A stretch of DNA of 26,224 bases from positions 1-26,224 of IMG/VR virus record IMGVR_UViG_3300043620_000003. One strand, written 5' to 3'. Positions within the stretch are counted from its first letter, which is position 1; each line of letters begins with the position of its first letter. This DNA comes from a virus (lineage: Duplodnaviria; Caudoviricetes). The translations under genes were made by a program, and so were the position numbers. The notes under the pieces were generated by a model. The model ran no database searches. It saw only the letters and a program-made list of their open reading frames with translations, and was not told the origin of the DNA. Positions 17,092 through 24,747 of the stretch are shown here, one piece after another.

Positions 17092-17120
17092 AGTATAGCA
17101 TAACTCGGATTGGTTGTCAA
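17092..17120 (-). promoter_or_regulatory. Near-consensus sigma70-type promoter
   Basis: Minus strand TTGACA-N17-TATACT with TGn extended -10. Confidence 0.85.
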
Positions 17121-17262
17121 CTGTTATTATTTGATGATGTCGATTTTCAGACCTGACCTGATTGGGTGACACCCCCCCTCCCCTCTGGTAAATCTTTTGG
17201 GGCAGTCCGACAAAACCGTCAAAATCGGCTTTTCTTCTAAGGAATGATTTGAAGAAGATTTG

Positions 17263-17286
17263 TTTTTTTTTTTTTTTTTTTTTTTT
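17263..17286. repeat. Poly(T)24 homopolymer
   Basis: 24 consecutive T counted directly. Confidence 0.95.
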
Positions 17287-17337
17287 ATCTTCCTTTTAAA
17301 ACTTCTAATTACTAAAAAGTGTCCCCTTTCTTGGGCA

Positions 17338-17366
17338 TTGACTTTTGGGCTTAGACGTGGTAAGCT
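17338..17366 (+). promoter_or_regulatory. Sigma70-type promoter for the early/replication operon
   Basis: TTGACT-N17-TAAGCT with TGn extended -10, 80 nt upstream of the 17447 ATG. Confidence 0.75.
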
Positions 17367-17446
17367 TATGAGAGATGAAGGGGAGTGTCCGGAAAAGGAG
17401 ACACCTGTCCACCGAGTCAGTCCGACCATGTTTCACCTAGAATAAT

Positions 17447-17704
17447 ATGAAAACTCTAACTAATTATCAGTTGACAAATGGAAATTGTTTAATCTGTTCT
17501 AAACGTGGAAAGATTGAAAATATCAACGATAAAGAGTATTATCTTTGTGAAAATCATAATATAATGATTGAAACCGATATCATTAAATTAATGGATGATC
17601 TTGGAGATACATGGTCAAGATTAAATCTCAAAGGTGATAAAGTTCAACGATGTAATAAATTATATGAATTGTTAGGAGCATTAAAAACAATTCAATTTAG
17701 TTAA
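17447..17704 (+). CDS. Cys/His-containing hypothetical protein (85 aa)
   Basis: CLIC...LCENH; first gene of the rightward operon. Confidence 0.7.
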   Translation: MKTLTNYQLTNGNCLICSKRGKIENINDKEYYLCENHNIMIETDIIKLMDDLGDTWSRLNLKGDKVQRCNKLYELLGALKTIQFS

Positions 17705-17706
17705 TC

Positions 17707-17973
17707 ATGGCAAAAATTAAGCATACACATAAATATCACAAGATTACATTAGCATTTGGTCAAGTATGGAAATGTGGTGATGAAGATTGCACGCATTTCA
17801 TGCCAAATAATTTAACACCAGTTTTACTTGGGCGCGCTTCAATTTGTTGGGAATGTGGCGAAAAGTTTAAGTTAAATTCTGTTAATATGTTGAAAGATAG
17901 ACCAGTTTGTGATGATTGTAATCCAAGTATTGAATCAATGGCAGCATTACTTAATAAAATGGGTGTTAAGTAA
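17707..17973 (+). CDS. Double zinc-finger-like protein (88 aa)
   Basis: HTHKY...C-x4-C-x-H and CWEC...CDDC. Confidence 0.8.
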   Translation: MAKIKHTHKYHKITLAFGQVWKCGDEDCTHFMPNNLTPVLLGRASICWECGEKFKLNSVNMLKDRPVCDDCNPSIESMAALLNKMGVK

Positions 17974-18807
17974 GTGAATCACTCATTCATCGCTGCACCT
18001 TGGAATCAAAAAATCTGCCGTGGTTATCCGTCTGCCGATGGAAAAGTAATTCCATGCCTTCAAATTGAATCGGCGCATGGAAAAGATGTAACATGTGAGT
18101 CATGTAATAACGTTGGCGAAGTAGAACTATTCAATCGGATGCTCCTTTGCGCATCATGCGTCGCTAAGGAAATCGAATCAATTAATAAACCATCAATCGA
18201 GCAAATCGAATCATTAAGTATTGAGCAAACTCTTAATCAAGTCAATCGCATACTCGAAACTAATCAAATCGCTAATGGCGATGGAGAAGCTGTAAAAGAT
18301 ATCATTGATGCCGCTATCGCAGGTAATATTAAAGAATATAAAGATTTCTTTAATGCTAAAATTCCATCCATAATGTCACTTAAAGAGACGGTTGAGTCTG
18401 ATAATGAGATTCCCGTTGATAAAAAGCATTATGCGGTAATGAGCCTATTGAAACGTCGCGTTCAATACCTAGCGATGGTTTTATTCCAGACTCGCAATAG
18501 TCAAATTGAAATCGGCGCAGAAATGAAATCGATTCAGTTTTATATGGCTGAAACCATACCGAAACTGAGAATGAAGTTACGCGCCGAATTTGCGCTAAAC
18601 ACGCCGAATTACACTCCACAAGTTATTAAATCTGGTGTGCCAAAGGAACGTAAAGGTAAGCAATCACCATCAGATAAGATTGCATCGATGTATGCCAAAT
18701 CAATGAAAATTTCAATCGATGAAGCGAAGAAAATCATCGAACGTGGTTTGCGAGAAAACTGCACATGTAATGAAACGCCGGGAATGTGTAAGGTGCATAA
18801 TTCATGA
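17974..18807 (+). CDS. Hypothetical protein with N- and C-terminal Cys clusters (277 aa)
   Basis: GTG start directly after the previous stop; CESC...CASC; terminal CTC...CKVH. Confidence 0.8.
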   Translation: MNHSFIAAPWNQKICRGYPSADGKVIPCLQIESAHGKDVTCESCNNVGEVELFNRMLLCASCVAKEIESINKPSIEQIESLSIEQTLNQVNRILETNQIANGDGEAVKDIIDAAIAGNIKEYKDFFNAKIPSIMSLKETVESDNEIPVDKKHYAVMSLLKRRVQYLAMVLFQTRNSQIEIGAEMKSIQFYMAETIPKLRMKLRAEFALNTPNYTPQVIKSGVPKERKGKQSPSDKIASMYAKSMKISIDEAKKIIERGLRENCTCNETPGMCKVHNS

Positions 18808-18899
18808 AACCTTATTCAAGACGATTAACTACTGATTTGATTCGAGAATATAGTTTAATTAAGTTAATTTATTCTTGGATATATTGGAAAATCAAATGA
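18804..18899 (+). CDS. Small hypothetical peptide (31 aa)
   Basis: Not in ORF track. MKPYSRRLTTDLIREYSLIKLIYSWIYWKIK*; AAGGTG upstream; ATGA overlaps at both ends. Confidence 0.55.
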   Translation: MKPYSRRLTTDLIREYSLIKLIYSWIYWKIK

Positions 18900-19117
18900 T
18901 TAAAACATGTAAGAATCAGCATATCATCGACGTAGTAATGAAATCTGATTACTGGCGCGCGGTATGGATTAACAGAATCTGTTACTTCAGAACGTTTGAA
19001 GATAACGTAATTTATCACGGTGGATTACATATAGAGAATTCAAATGATGTGTTTAATCGTTTTGATAATCCTAATCAAATATCCGAAACAAACTTGGGAA
19101 ATATTGAAACCGAATAA
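18896..19117 (+). CDS. Hypothetical protein (73 aa)
   Basis: ATG 18896 preferred to TTG 18875 because of the ATGA coupling. Confidence 0.6.
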   Translation: MIKTCKNQHIIDVVMKSDYWRAVWINRICYFRTFEDNVIYHGGLHIENSNDVFNRFDNPNQISETNLGNIETE

Positions 19118-19120
19118 GTT

Positions 19121-19291
19121 ATGAGTCAAGAAGAATTATTTAATCAAGCATCAGCATTATTTTATACGATGCCTCATAAAATTAAAGTTCTCGTACTTTT
19201 AGAATTTTCAGTTAATACATGTGAGTATCGTGGTAAATCTGTTCTAGATGTATGGATTGATGCTGTCAATAAAATCGATAGATTAAGATAG
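19121..19291 (+). CDS. Hypothetical protein (56 aa)
   Basis: Not in ORF track. MSQEELFNQASALFYTMPHKIKVLVLLEFSVNTCEYRGKSVLDVWIDAVNKIDRLR*. Confidence 0.65.
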   Translation: MSQEELFNQASALFYTMPHKIKVLVLLEFSVNTCEYRGKSVLDVWIDAVNKIDRLR

Positions 19292-19370
19292 TTAAATCTT
19301 TAATACTATCCATCAATCATTTCATCGGCGTATAATAAGATTTGATTGATGGGTAGAATTAAGTATTTAA
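19292..19370 (+). other. Long imperfect intergenic hairpin (28-bp stem)
   Basis: 19292-19319 pairs with 19343-19370 at 24/28 Watson-Crick positions plus one G-U. Confidence 0.8.
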
Positions 19371-19385
19371 ATTGAGGTTATTAAA

Positions 19386-19547
19386 ATGATTACCATGCTA
19401 AAAGCACTTAAAATCGGAACTGAATTTCATACACATTTAGATAATTGTAAACAATGTAGAGAACAACCATTTAATTTATGTTTGATTGGTAAAAATATAT
19501 TAAATAAATTATTGAAAGAAGGTGATAACAATGTATTGCATGGGTGA
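19386..19547 (+). CDS. Small His/Cys metal-binding-like protein (53 aa)
   Basis: Not in ORF track. GAGGT RBS; MITMLKALKIGTEFHTHLDNCKQCREQPFNLCLIGKNILNKLLKEGDNNVLHG*. Confidence 0.7.
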   Translation: MITMLKALKIGTEFHTHLDNCKQCREQPFNLCLIGKNILNKLLKEGDNNVLHG

Positions 19548-19556
19548 CTAAAGCAA

Positions 19557-19617
19557 TTAAGTATTTTGGTTTATCATCAGTATTCACCAGAGCCTGATGA
19601 TAAACTCAAGTATTTAA
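19557..19617 (+). other. Intergenic hairpin upstream of the helicase
   Basis: GTTTATCATCAG (19569-80) / CTGATGATAAAC (19594-605) is a perfect 12 bp, extendable with G-U pairs to TTAA...TTAA. Confidence 0.75.
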
Positions 19618-19639
19618 ACTTAATGAAATAACTGAAATT

Positions 19640-21334
19640 ATGACAACAATAACTCAAGTGAAAACTGAACCAATTCCACGCAAGTTAAATATTTTTCGTG
19701 AACATTGCGAGGTATGTAAAGCTATCGCGCGCATTAAATCGGAAAAGTTATTTACATCTAATGGAAGCCAAAAGAAATTAATCACATTAGAATGTGGTCA
19801 CATCAGAATTACTGAAGCTGAAAGTTTTTCACCTTTTGAAACTGTAGTTAGTAATTTCTGGAAACCTCATGTAGCTGCATGTAAACATGAATGGGATCCA
19901 ATTGATATTAAACTTTGTAACAAATGTGGTGAGAATAGATTATATCCTTTTCAAGTTGAGGGTGCGCGATTCCTTGAAAAAAATAATGGACGCGCAGGTA
20001 TATTTGATGAGCAGGGATTAGGTAAAACTGTTCAAAATCTTGCTTATCTTAGATTTCATGCTGAAAAGTTACCTGTATTATTTATCGTTAAATCTAAACT
20101 TAAGTTTCAATGGTTAACTGAAATTATTAGATGGTGTGGTGAAGATTATTTCCCACAAATCATTGGCGATGGTAAAACTGGTGTCGCCAAAGGTTTAAAA
20201 TGTTATATCACATCATTTGACCTTTTAAGAAATATTGATAAAAAGAAACTTGAATCTCTTAATCTTCAAACCATTGTGATTGATGAAGTTCAAGCGATTA
20301 AGAATCCTGAATCAACGCGAACTAAAAATCTTCAATTCATTTGCAAAAATGTTCCAAATATCATTCCATTAAGTGGGACACCTTGGAAAAATCGCGGAAG
20401 TGAATTATTCGTCGTGCTTAACATGCTTAATCCTCAGAAGTTCTGGTCATTACAGAATTTCTTAGATACGTGGGTCGAGTATTACATGCATGGTAATCGC
20501 CCGAAACAAGGTGGAATTAGGAACATAGCAAAGTTTAAGGAATTTACCAAAGATATGTTCATTAGACGTGAACGTTCTGAGGTAATGCCCGAATTACCCA
20601 AAACCAATAGAGTAAGATTGACATGTGAGATTGAAGACCATGCGCGCAAAGCTTATGAAGAAGAAGTAAGTGAATTTGTCAAATGGTATAATGAATTAGT
20701 TATATCAGGTGAAGAAGATAATTCATCAACTGAATCTGGTATGCTTGCGCGCCTCAATCGAATGCGCCACATTATTGCATTAGCTAAGATTCCTTATACA
20801 TTAGATTGGGTAGAAGATTTCGTTGAAGAAACAGAACGTAATCTAATCATTGGCGTGCATCATAAAGATGTAGGATTACTTCTCGTATCTCAATTGAAAA
20901 AAGCACATCCTGATATTAATATTTTAGCAATGACCGCAAGTCAATCAGATGATGAGCGTAATAAAATTAAATCCGATTTCATTAATGGTAAACGCGCTAT
21001 AATTGTTGCATCCACCTTATCCGCTGGTGAGGGGACTGATGGATTACAAAAAGCTTGTTATGATATGGTGATTCACGAACGTCAATGGAATCCCATGAAT
21101 GAAGAACAATTAGAAGATAGACTAGCACGCATTGGTTCGATTGCACCACAAAAAGTTAACGTAACATATATTCATGCTGATGATTCAACTGATATTCAAT
21201 TAGATGCAATTGTTGAACAAAAAAGACGCCAGTTTCACGCGGTAATGAATAAAGGTGAAATGGCTCAATGGCATACAGGATCAATCATTAGTGAATTAAG
21301 TAAGATGTTAGTTACACGTGGAGCGCGCAAATGA
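19640..21334 (+). CDS. SNF2-family (SF2) helicase/translocase with N-terminal Cys-rich domain (564 aa)
   Basis: Q motif LYPFQ, motif I DEQGLGKT, motif II IDEVQ, motif III LSGTP, motif V GEGTDGLQ, motif VI QLEDRLARIG. Confidence 0.92.
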   Translation: MTTITQVKTEPIPRKLNIFREHCEVCKAIARIKSEKLFTSNGSQKKLITLECGHIRITEAESFSPFETVVSNFWKPHVAACKHEWDPIDIKLCNKCGENRLYPFQVEGARFLEKNNGRAGIFDEQGLGKTVQNLAYLRFHAEKLPVLFIVKSKLKFQWLTEIIRWCGEDYFPQIIGDGKTGVAKGLKCYITSFDLLRNIDKKKLESLNLQTIVIDEVQAIKNPESTRTKNLQFICKNVPNIIPLSGTPWKNRGSELFVVLNMLNPQKFWSLQNFLDTWVEYYMHGNRPKQGGIRNIAKFKEFTKDMFIRRERSEVMPELPKTNRVRLTCEIEDHARKAYEEEVSEFVKWYNELVISGEEDNSSTESGMLARLNRMRHIIALAKIPYTLDWVEDFVEETERNLIIGVHHKDVGLLLVSQLKKAHPDINILAMTASQSDDERNKIKSDFINGKRAIIVASTLSAGEGTDGLQKACYDMVIHERQWNPMNEEQLEDRLARIGSIAPQKVNVTYIHADDSTDIQLDAIVEQKRRQFHAVMNKGEMAQWHTGSIISELSKMLVTRGARK

Positions 21335-21507
21335 ACCAAAGAATTATCACCATAAAAATTCTTGTAACTGATCCAACAAATAATCCCCATTCATTTTCTA
21401 CGCTTGATACATTTAAAACTAGTGTATTGAAAACGATTAATGATTACACCGAAGTAAGATGGAAAGTAGCTAGTATCATTCAATTACTTGATGAGCCAGA
21501 TAAATGA
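21331..21507 (+). CDS. Hypothetical protein (58 aa)
   Basis: Not in ORF track. MNQRIITIKILVTDPTNNPHSF...LLDEPDK*; ATGA overlaps at both ends. Confidence 0.7.
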   Translation: MNQRIITIKILVTDPTNNPHSFSTLDTFKTSVLKTINDYTEVRWKVASIIQLLDEPDK

Positions 21508-21797
21508 TATCACAGAAATTACTCGATAAGATGCCCTTACGCGATCGTGAGATGATTCAAATTTTTCAAATGGTTTTTAATAAAGATGAATTGAATCTAA
21601 TCACGAGAATATTTGGTGCTGAGAAACTTGCAATTTTCATGAAAATGTCATCAATGCTCGCGCCAAGTGGCCGTCAGGCCGGATTAGGTTTAGTAGCCAC
21701 AATTCTTTCTACGATGAAAGAACAAGGTTCAATGAGCGCATTCTTTGCTGAGGCTAATTCATTTAAAGCTGTAATTACTAATGATAAGGTGCATTAA
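21504..21797 (+). CDS. Hypothetical helical protein (97 aa)
   Basis: ORF track; tight tiling. Confidence 0.75.
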   Translation: MISQKLLDKMPLRDREMIQIFQMVFNKDELNLITRIFGAEKLAIFMKMSSMLAPSGRQAGLGLVATILSTMKEQGSMSAFFAEANSFKAVITNDKVH

Positions 21798-21799
21798 TT

Positions 21800-21997
21800 A
21801 TGCATAATATATCAATGGAATTAGCATTAATTCTTAATCTTCGTAATGCGGCATTAGATCATAAGGAACATTGTAATCATAATTGTAATGTTTCATTAGG
21901 TCAATTAAAACGCGCAGCTGAATATATTCGTTCTACGGTTCCAATGTATGAGCAAATCGAAGCAGTTAAATTTATTAATGAAATGCCGATTACATAA
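21800..21997 (+). CDS. Hypothetical protein (65 aa) with HxxxCxxxC
   Basis: ORF track; AAGGTG upstream. Confidence 0.7.
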   Translation: MHNISMELALILNLRNAALDHKEHCNHNCNVSLGQLKRAAEYIRSTVPMYEQIEAVKFINEMPIT

Positions 21998-22251
21998 TGA
22001 CTAATTCAATCCTTGAAACTCATATCATTAATCTAATCGAAGTTAATTATGGACTAAAGAGAACTGAATTAGTCCATAAGATCATGTCACTTGATTTGAA
22101 TATTAGTCAGAATGATATTCTCAATCGAGTTTATGATATGGTGGAATCTGGAATAATCATTGAAATTGAAATGATGTTCCCTAATCATACTAGTAGAAGT
22201 TTTTTTGTAATGCGCGGTACGACGTTCAATGTGATTAGGAAGGTTAAGTAA
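21997..22251 (+). CDS. Possible winged-helix protein (84 aa)
   Basis: Three helices then beta strands (VYDMVESGIIIEIE); TAATG coupling. Confidence 0.6.
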   Translation: MTNSILETHIINLIEVNYGLKRTELVHKIMSLDLNISQNDILNRVYDMVESGIIIEIEMMFPNHTSRSFFVMRGTTFNVIRKVK

Positions 22252-22409
22252 TGCTTATTACAATTGAACATGCGGCGCGTGAATTAGGTGTAAGTCAATC
22301 TACCATTCGACGATGGATTAAATCAGGTAAATTACCAGCTTCTAAACCATCAAATATTACATATGTATTTATTTCTGGACCTTCTAGTACTCCTGAGAAA
22401 AAGAAATGA
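22251..22409 (+). CDS. Excisionase/MerR-like HTH DNA-binding protein (52 aa)
   Basis: Not in ORF track. MLITIEHAARELGVSQSTIRRWIKSGKLPA is a classic HTH_17-type signature. Confidence 0.85.
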   Translation: MLITIEHAARELGVSQSTIRRWIKSGKLPASKPSNITYVFISGPSSTPEKKK

Positions 22410-22588
22410 CTCGTGATAAATCTCCTATTGACCAGGAATGGATTAATAAGTACTGTGATGAATTTCTAAAGATTGCAGGTCAATTACCTGAAGGTATGAT
22501 GCGTAATGCCGTATTACGTCGTGTAGAATACGTAATGGATTTAACTGAAGCATGGCAAAAACGAAATAATCCATTGGAAATGAGATGA
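22406..22588 (+). CDS. Hypothetical protein (60 aa)
   Basis: ORF track; ATGA overlaps. Confidence 0.7.
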   Translation: MTRDKSPIDQEWINKYCDEFLKIAGQLPEGMMRNAVLRRVEYVMDLTEAWQKRNNPLEMR

Positions 22589-22797
22589 TCATCGCATGGG
22601 TTAATACAGGTAATCTATTTGCTGATATAGTCGCGCGCTTCGGTGCGATGCTAACATTTTATATAATTGTAATTTTCTATGGAATTATATTCGGTTTTAT
22701 GAAGATTTCATGGAATTGTGGAGTTTGTGGTAAACCAAATACAACTAATATGATTAAATTCATACTTCAATTTTGTGATCATCAAGGTAATATGTAA
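22585..22797 (+). CDS. Small membrane protein with CxxC (70 aa)
   Basis: TM segment FGAMLTFYIIVIFYGIIFGFM; CGVC. Confidence 0.65.
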   Translation: MIIAWVNTGNLFADIVARFGAMLTFYIIVIFYGIIFGFMKISWNCGVCGKPNTTNMIKFILQFCDHQGNM

Positions 22798-22979
22798 TGA
22801 AACAAGTAATTATCATTTGTCGAACATGCGAAGATATAAATAAATCTCGTCTTGGAACAACTGGATTTGATGTGCGCGATACGGAATATGAATCGCTTAC
22901 TGATGCAATGGAACATTTACTCAGTTATGAACGCGAAGATAGTCCTAATCATCGCATGGAAATGGTTGTGAAAGAATGA
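22797..22979 (+). CDS. Hypothetical protein with CxxC...H...H (60 aa)
   Basis: ORF track; TAATG coupling. Confidence 0.7.
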   Translation: MKQVIIICRTCEDINKSRLGTTGFDVRDTEYESLTDAMEHLLSYEREDSPNHRMEMVVKE

Positions 22980-23137
22980 CCAAATCACAATGGCAATCCA
23001 TGCTTGATGCAGCCAACATTATCGAAGATATAGCTTTTAAATTTCTTAAAGCTGAACCAACTAAATCAACGATTAAATATGAAATTAAAAAAATTAAAGA
23101 TTTGATCTTCATTGGACAATCAAATGCCACCGATTAA
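22976..23137 (+). CDS. Hypothetical protein (53 aa)
   Basis: Not in ORF track. MTKSQWQSMLDAANIIEDIAFKFLKAEPTKSTIKYEIKKIKDLIFIGQSNATD*. Confidence 0.65.
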   Translation: MTKSQWQSMLDAANIIEDIAFKFLKAEPTKSTIKYEIKKIKDLIFIGQSNATD

Positions 23138-24065
23138 CGTAGCAATGGACGCAACAATTCTATCATCTCTCATGTCATGTGGTGCAGTTACTGATTACAA
23201 ATATAATCAGAATCTGACTCAAAAAGGTGGTAAATCTAATTCGCTCGAAGTCGGAAGTCTTGTTCATGTATTTTTAGAATATTATTATCAAAGTCTTATT
23301 GATAAGAAATCAAAGTCCAATGCTATCGACGCAGGTGTAGCAGCGGCAAAATTATTCATCAAAGGATGTTCTATCTGTCAGAATTATCCTATTGATGCCA
23401 TTGGTCAACCGCCATGCGGTCATAAAAATGCTGATTTCATTGGCATGGTTAACACGCCTCAAAAGTCGGAAAAACGTGGGAAACAAGAATTAATCGGTTG
23501 GGAATGGGCTTTAGATACTTGTATGCAGTATCTTGCTCATTATGTTAATGACTCATTTACTCCGTTAGCAGCCGAATTAACCAAGAGTGAAATCATATTT
23601 GAAAATGAGTTCATTAGAATTTTATGGAAAGCCAAATTCGATCTAATCGCTGATAGTGGTATGATTATTCCATTTGATCATAAAACGATGAAACAACGTC
23701 GTGATTCACTTAGTCTAAACAATCAATTCATGGGACAATGTATTCTAACTAAATCAAGGAATATGATTGTCAATAAGATTGGATTTCAAACGTCCCTTAA
23801 ACCGAATGAAAAGTTCGAGCGCGCTATGATGTCATATTCCAAAGCTCGATTGGATGAATGGCAAAATGAAATCGTGCCATATTGGGCCGGCGTTTATGTA
23901 AATTACATCCAATCCGGTATATGGCCGCGTAATTTCACCCATTGCGAGAATAAGTATGGATTTTGTGATTTCAAGGAAGTGTGTTCAAGTGATAAGAACA
24001 TGCGGAATGAAGTTATTAAACTCAACTTTACTAAGCGTCGTGTGTGGGATGTCACGAACGATTAA
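23124..24065 (+). CDS. PD-(D/E)xK exonuclease, RecB/Cas4-like (about 313 aa)
   Basis: GSLVHVFLE, AAE, KFDLI, FDHKT, QF; one N-terminal Cys plus C-terminal CENKYGFCDFKEVC (Fe-S-type arrangement). Confidence 0.88.
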   Translation: MPPINVAMDATILSSLMSCGAVTDYKYNQNLTQKGGKSNSLEVGSLVHVFLEYYYQSLIDKKSKSNAIDAGVAAAKLFIKGCSICQNYPIDAIGQPPCGHKNADFIGMVNTPQKSEKRGKQELIGWEWALDTCMQYLAHYVNDSFTPLAAELTKSEIIFENEFIRILWKAKFDLIADSGMIIPFDHKTMKQRRDSLSLNNQFMGQCILTKSRNMIVNKIGFQTSLKPNEKFERAMMSYSKARLDEWQNEIVPYWAGVYVNYIQSGIWPRNFTHCENKYGFCDFKEVCSSDKNMRNEVIKLNFTKRRVWDVTND

Positions 24066-24166
24066 TGATAATCTGGACTCGCGTTTCATGGAATACCTAT
24101 TACGCCCTAGATACAACTCTATGGAATACGTGGTTAGCAAACTCATGTCAATGGGAGGGCAGAAAT

Positions 24167-24559
24167 ATGGAAAATGATAAGCCGTATGATCCTTATGCGA
24201 AAGATACTCAAATCAAGAATGATTACTTAAAAGAGAATCATGTATTGAAGAATGAACGTTCAATGCGCGGTGATAGTCTTGATGGAAGTCAAGGCGCGCG
24301 CTTACGAATGGATGCTGCTGAATCATGTGCTAATCAATCATCAGCTCCATTAGAAACCCTCGAACAAGAACGAAATCGTCTTTCACGTAAGTTAATTCAA
24401 ACGTTATCTGAAAATGAAACTCGTATACGTGTTCTAAAAGATATGCTTGAATCTCTTGAACGTTGGCAGAAGAATGGATATTATTTGAGAGATTCGATTA
24501 ATAATTCGAGTCAAATTCAAATGGATCAGATTCATCAGATGCGTGAATATCTCAAATGA
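24167..24559 (+). CDS. Coiled-coil hypothetical protein (130 aa; longer starts possible)
   Basis: GGAGG 8 nt before ATG 24167; the frame is open back to 24044. Confidence 0.7.
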   Translation: MENDKPYDPYAKDTQIKNDYLKENHVLKNERSMRGDSLDGSQGARLRMDAAESCANQSSAPLETLEQERNRLSRKLIQTLSENETRIRVLKDMLESLERWQKNGYYLRDSINNSSQIQMDQIHQMREYLK

Positions 24560-24747
24560 TTATCTCACAACTTAATATAACTTTAAGTCCAGTTAAAGAT
24601 ATGGATGGACCAGATGATCCGATTAAAGGATTAGAAATGATAAATAATCGATGGTCATTTACTGGTTCACTTTATCCACGCGAAGTTAGATTAATGTCAG
24701 CGTTAGAAGCATTGATTAAGGAATTTAATCGTAATGCCAAACCTTAA
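24556..24747 (+). CDS. Hypothetical protein (63 aa)
   Basis: ORF track; ATGA overlap. Confidence 0.7.
   Translation: MIISQLNITLSPVKDMDGPDDPIKGLEMINNRWSFTGSLYPREVRLMSALEALIKEFNRNAKP

Noticed and set aside
16593-17103. Plus-strand ORFs 16593..17063 and 16873..17103
   Set aside because: Antisense to the 114-aa gene, which has promoter, SD and terminator support.
17127-17445. ORFs 17127..17429 (-) and 17260..17445 (+)
   Set aside because: Their poly-Lys/poly-Phe comes from the T24 tract, and they overlap promoter elements; most likely non-coding.
19291-19371. Integron attC site
   Set aside because: GTTAAAT lies at the 5' end rather than in the RYYYAAC...GTTRRRY arrangement, and there is no integron integrase in the window.
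19594-19645. Hammerhead ribozyme core (CTGATGA...GAAA)
   Set aside because: CTGATGA is sequestered in a 12-bp stem, no stem II closes directly between the core motifs, and the would-be cleavage position is G.
22251-22409. Prophage excision module
   Set aside because: The HTH is excisionase-like, but no integrase, att site or host genes are visible, so lifestyle cannot be inferred.
23124-24065. CRISPR-Cas system suggested by the Cas4-like nuclease
   Set aside because: No repeat-spacer array or other cas genes; context is a standard phage recombination module.
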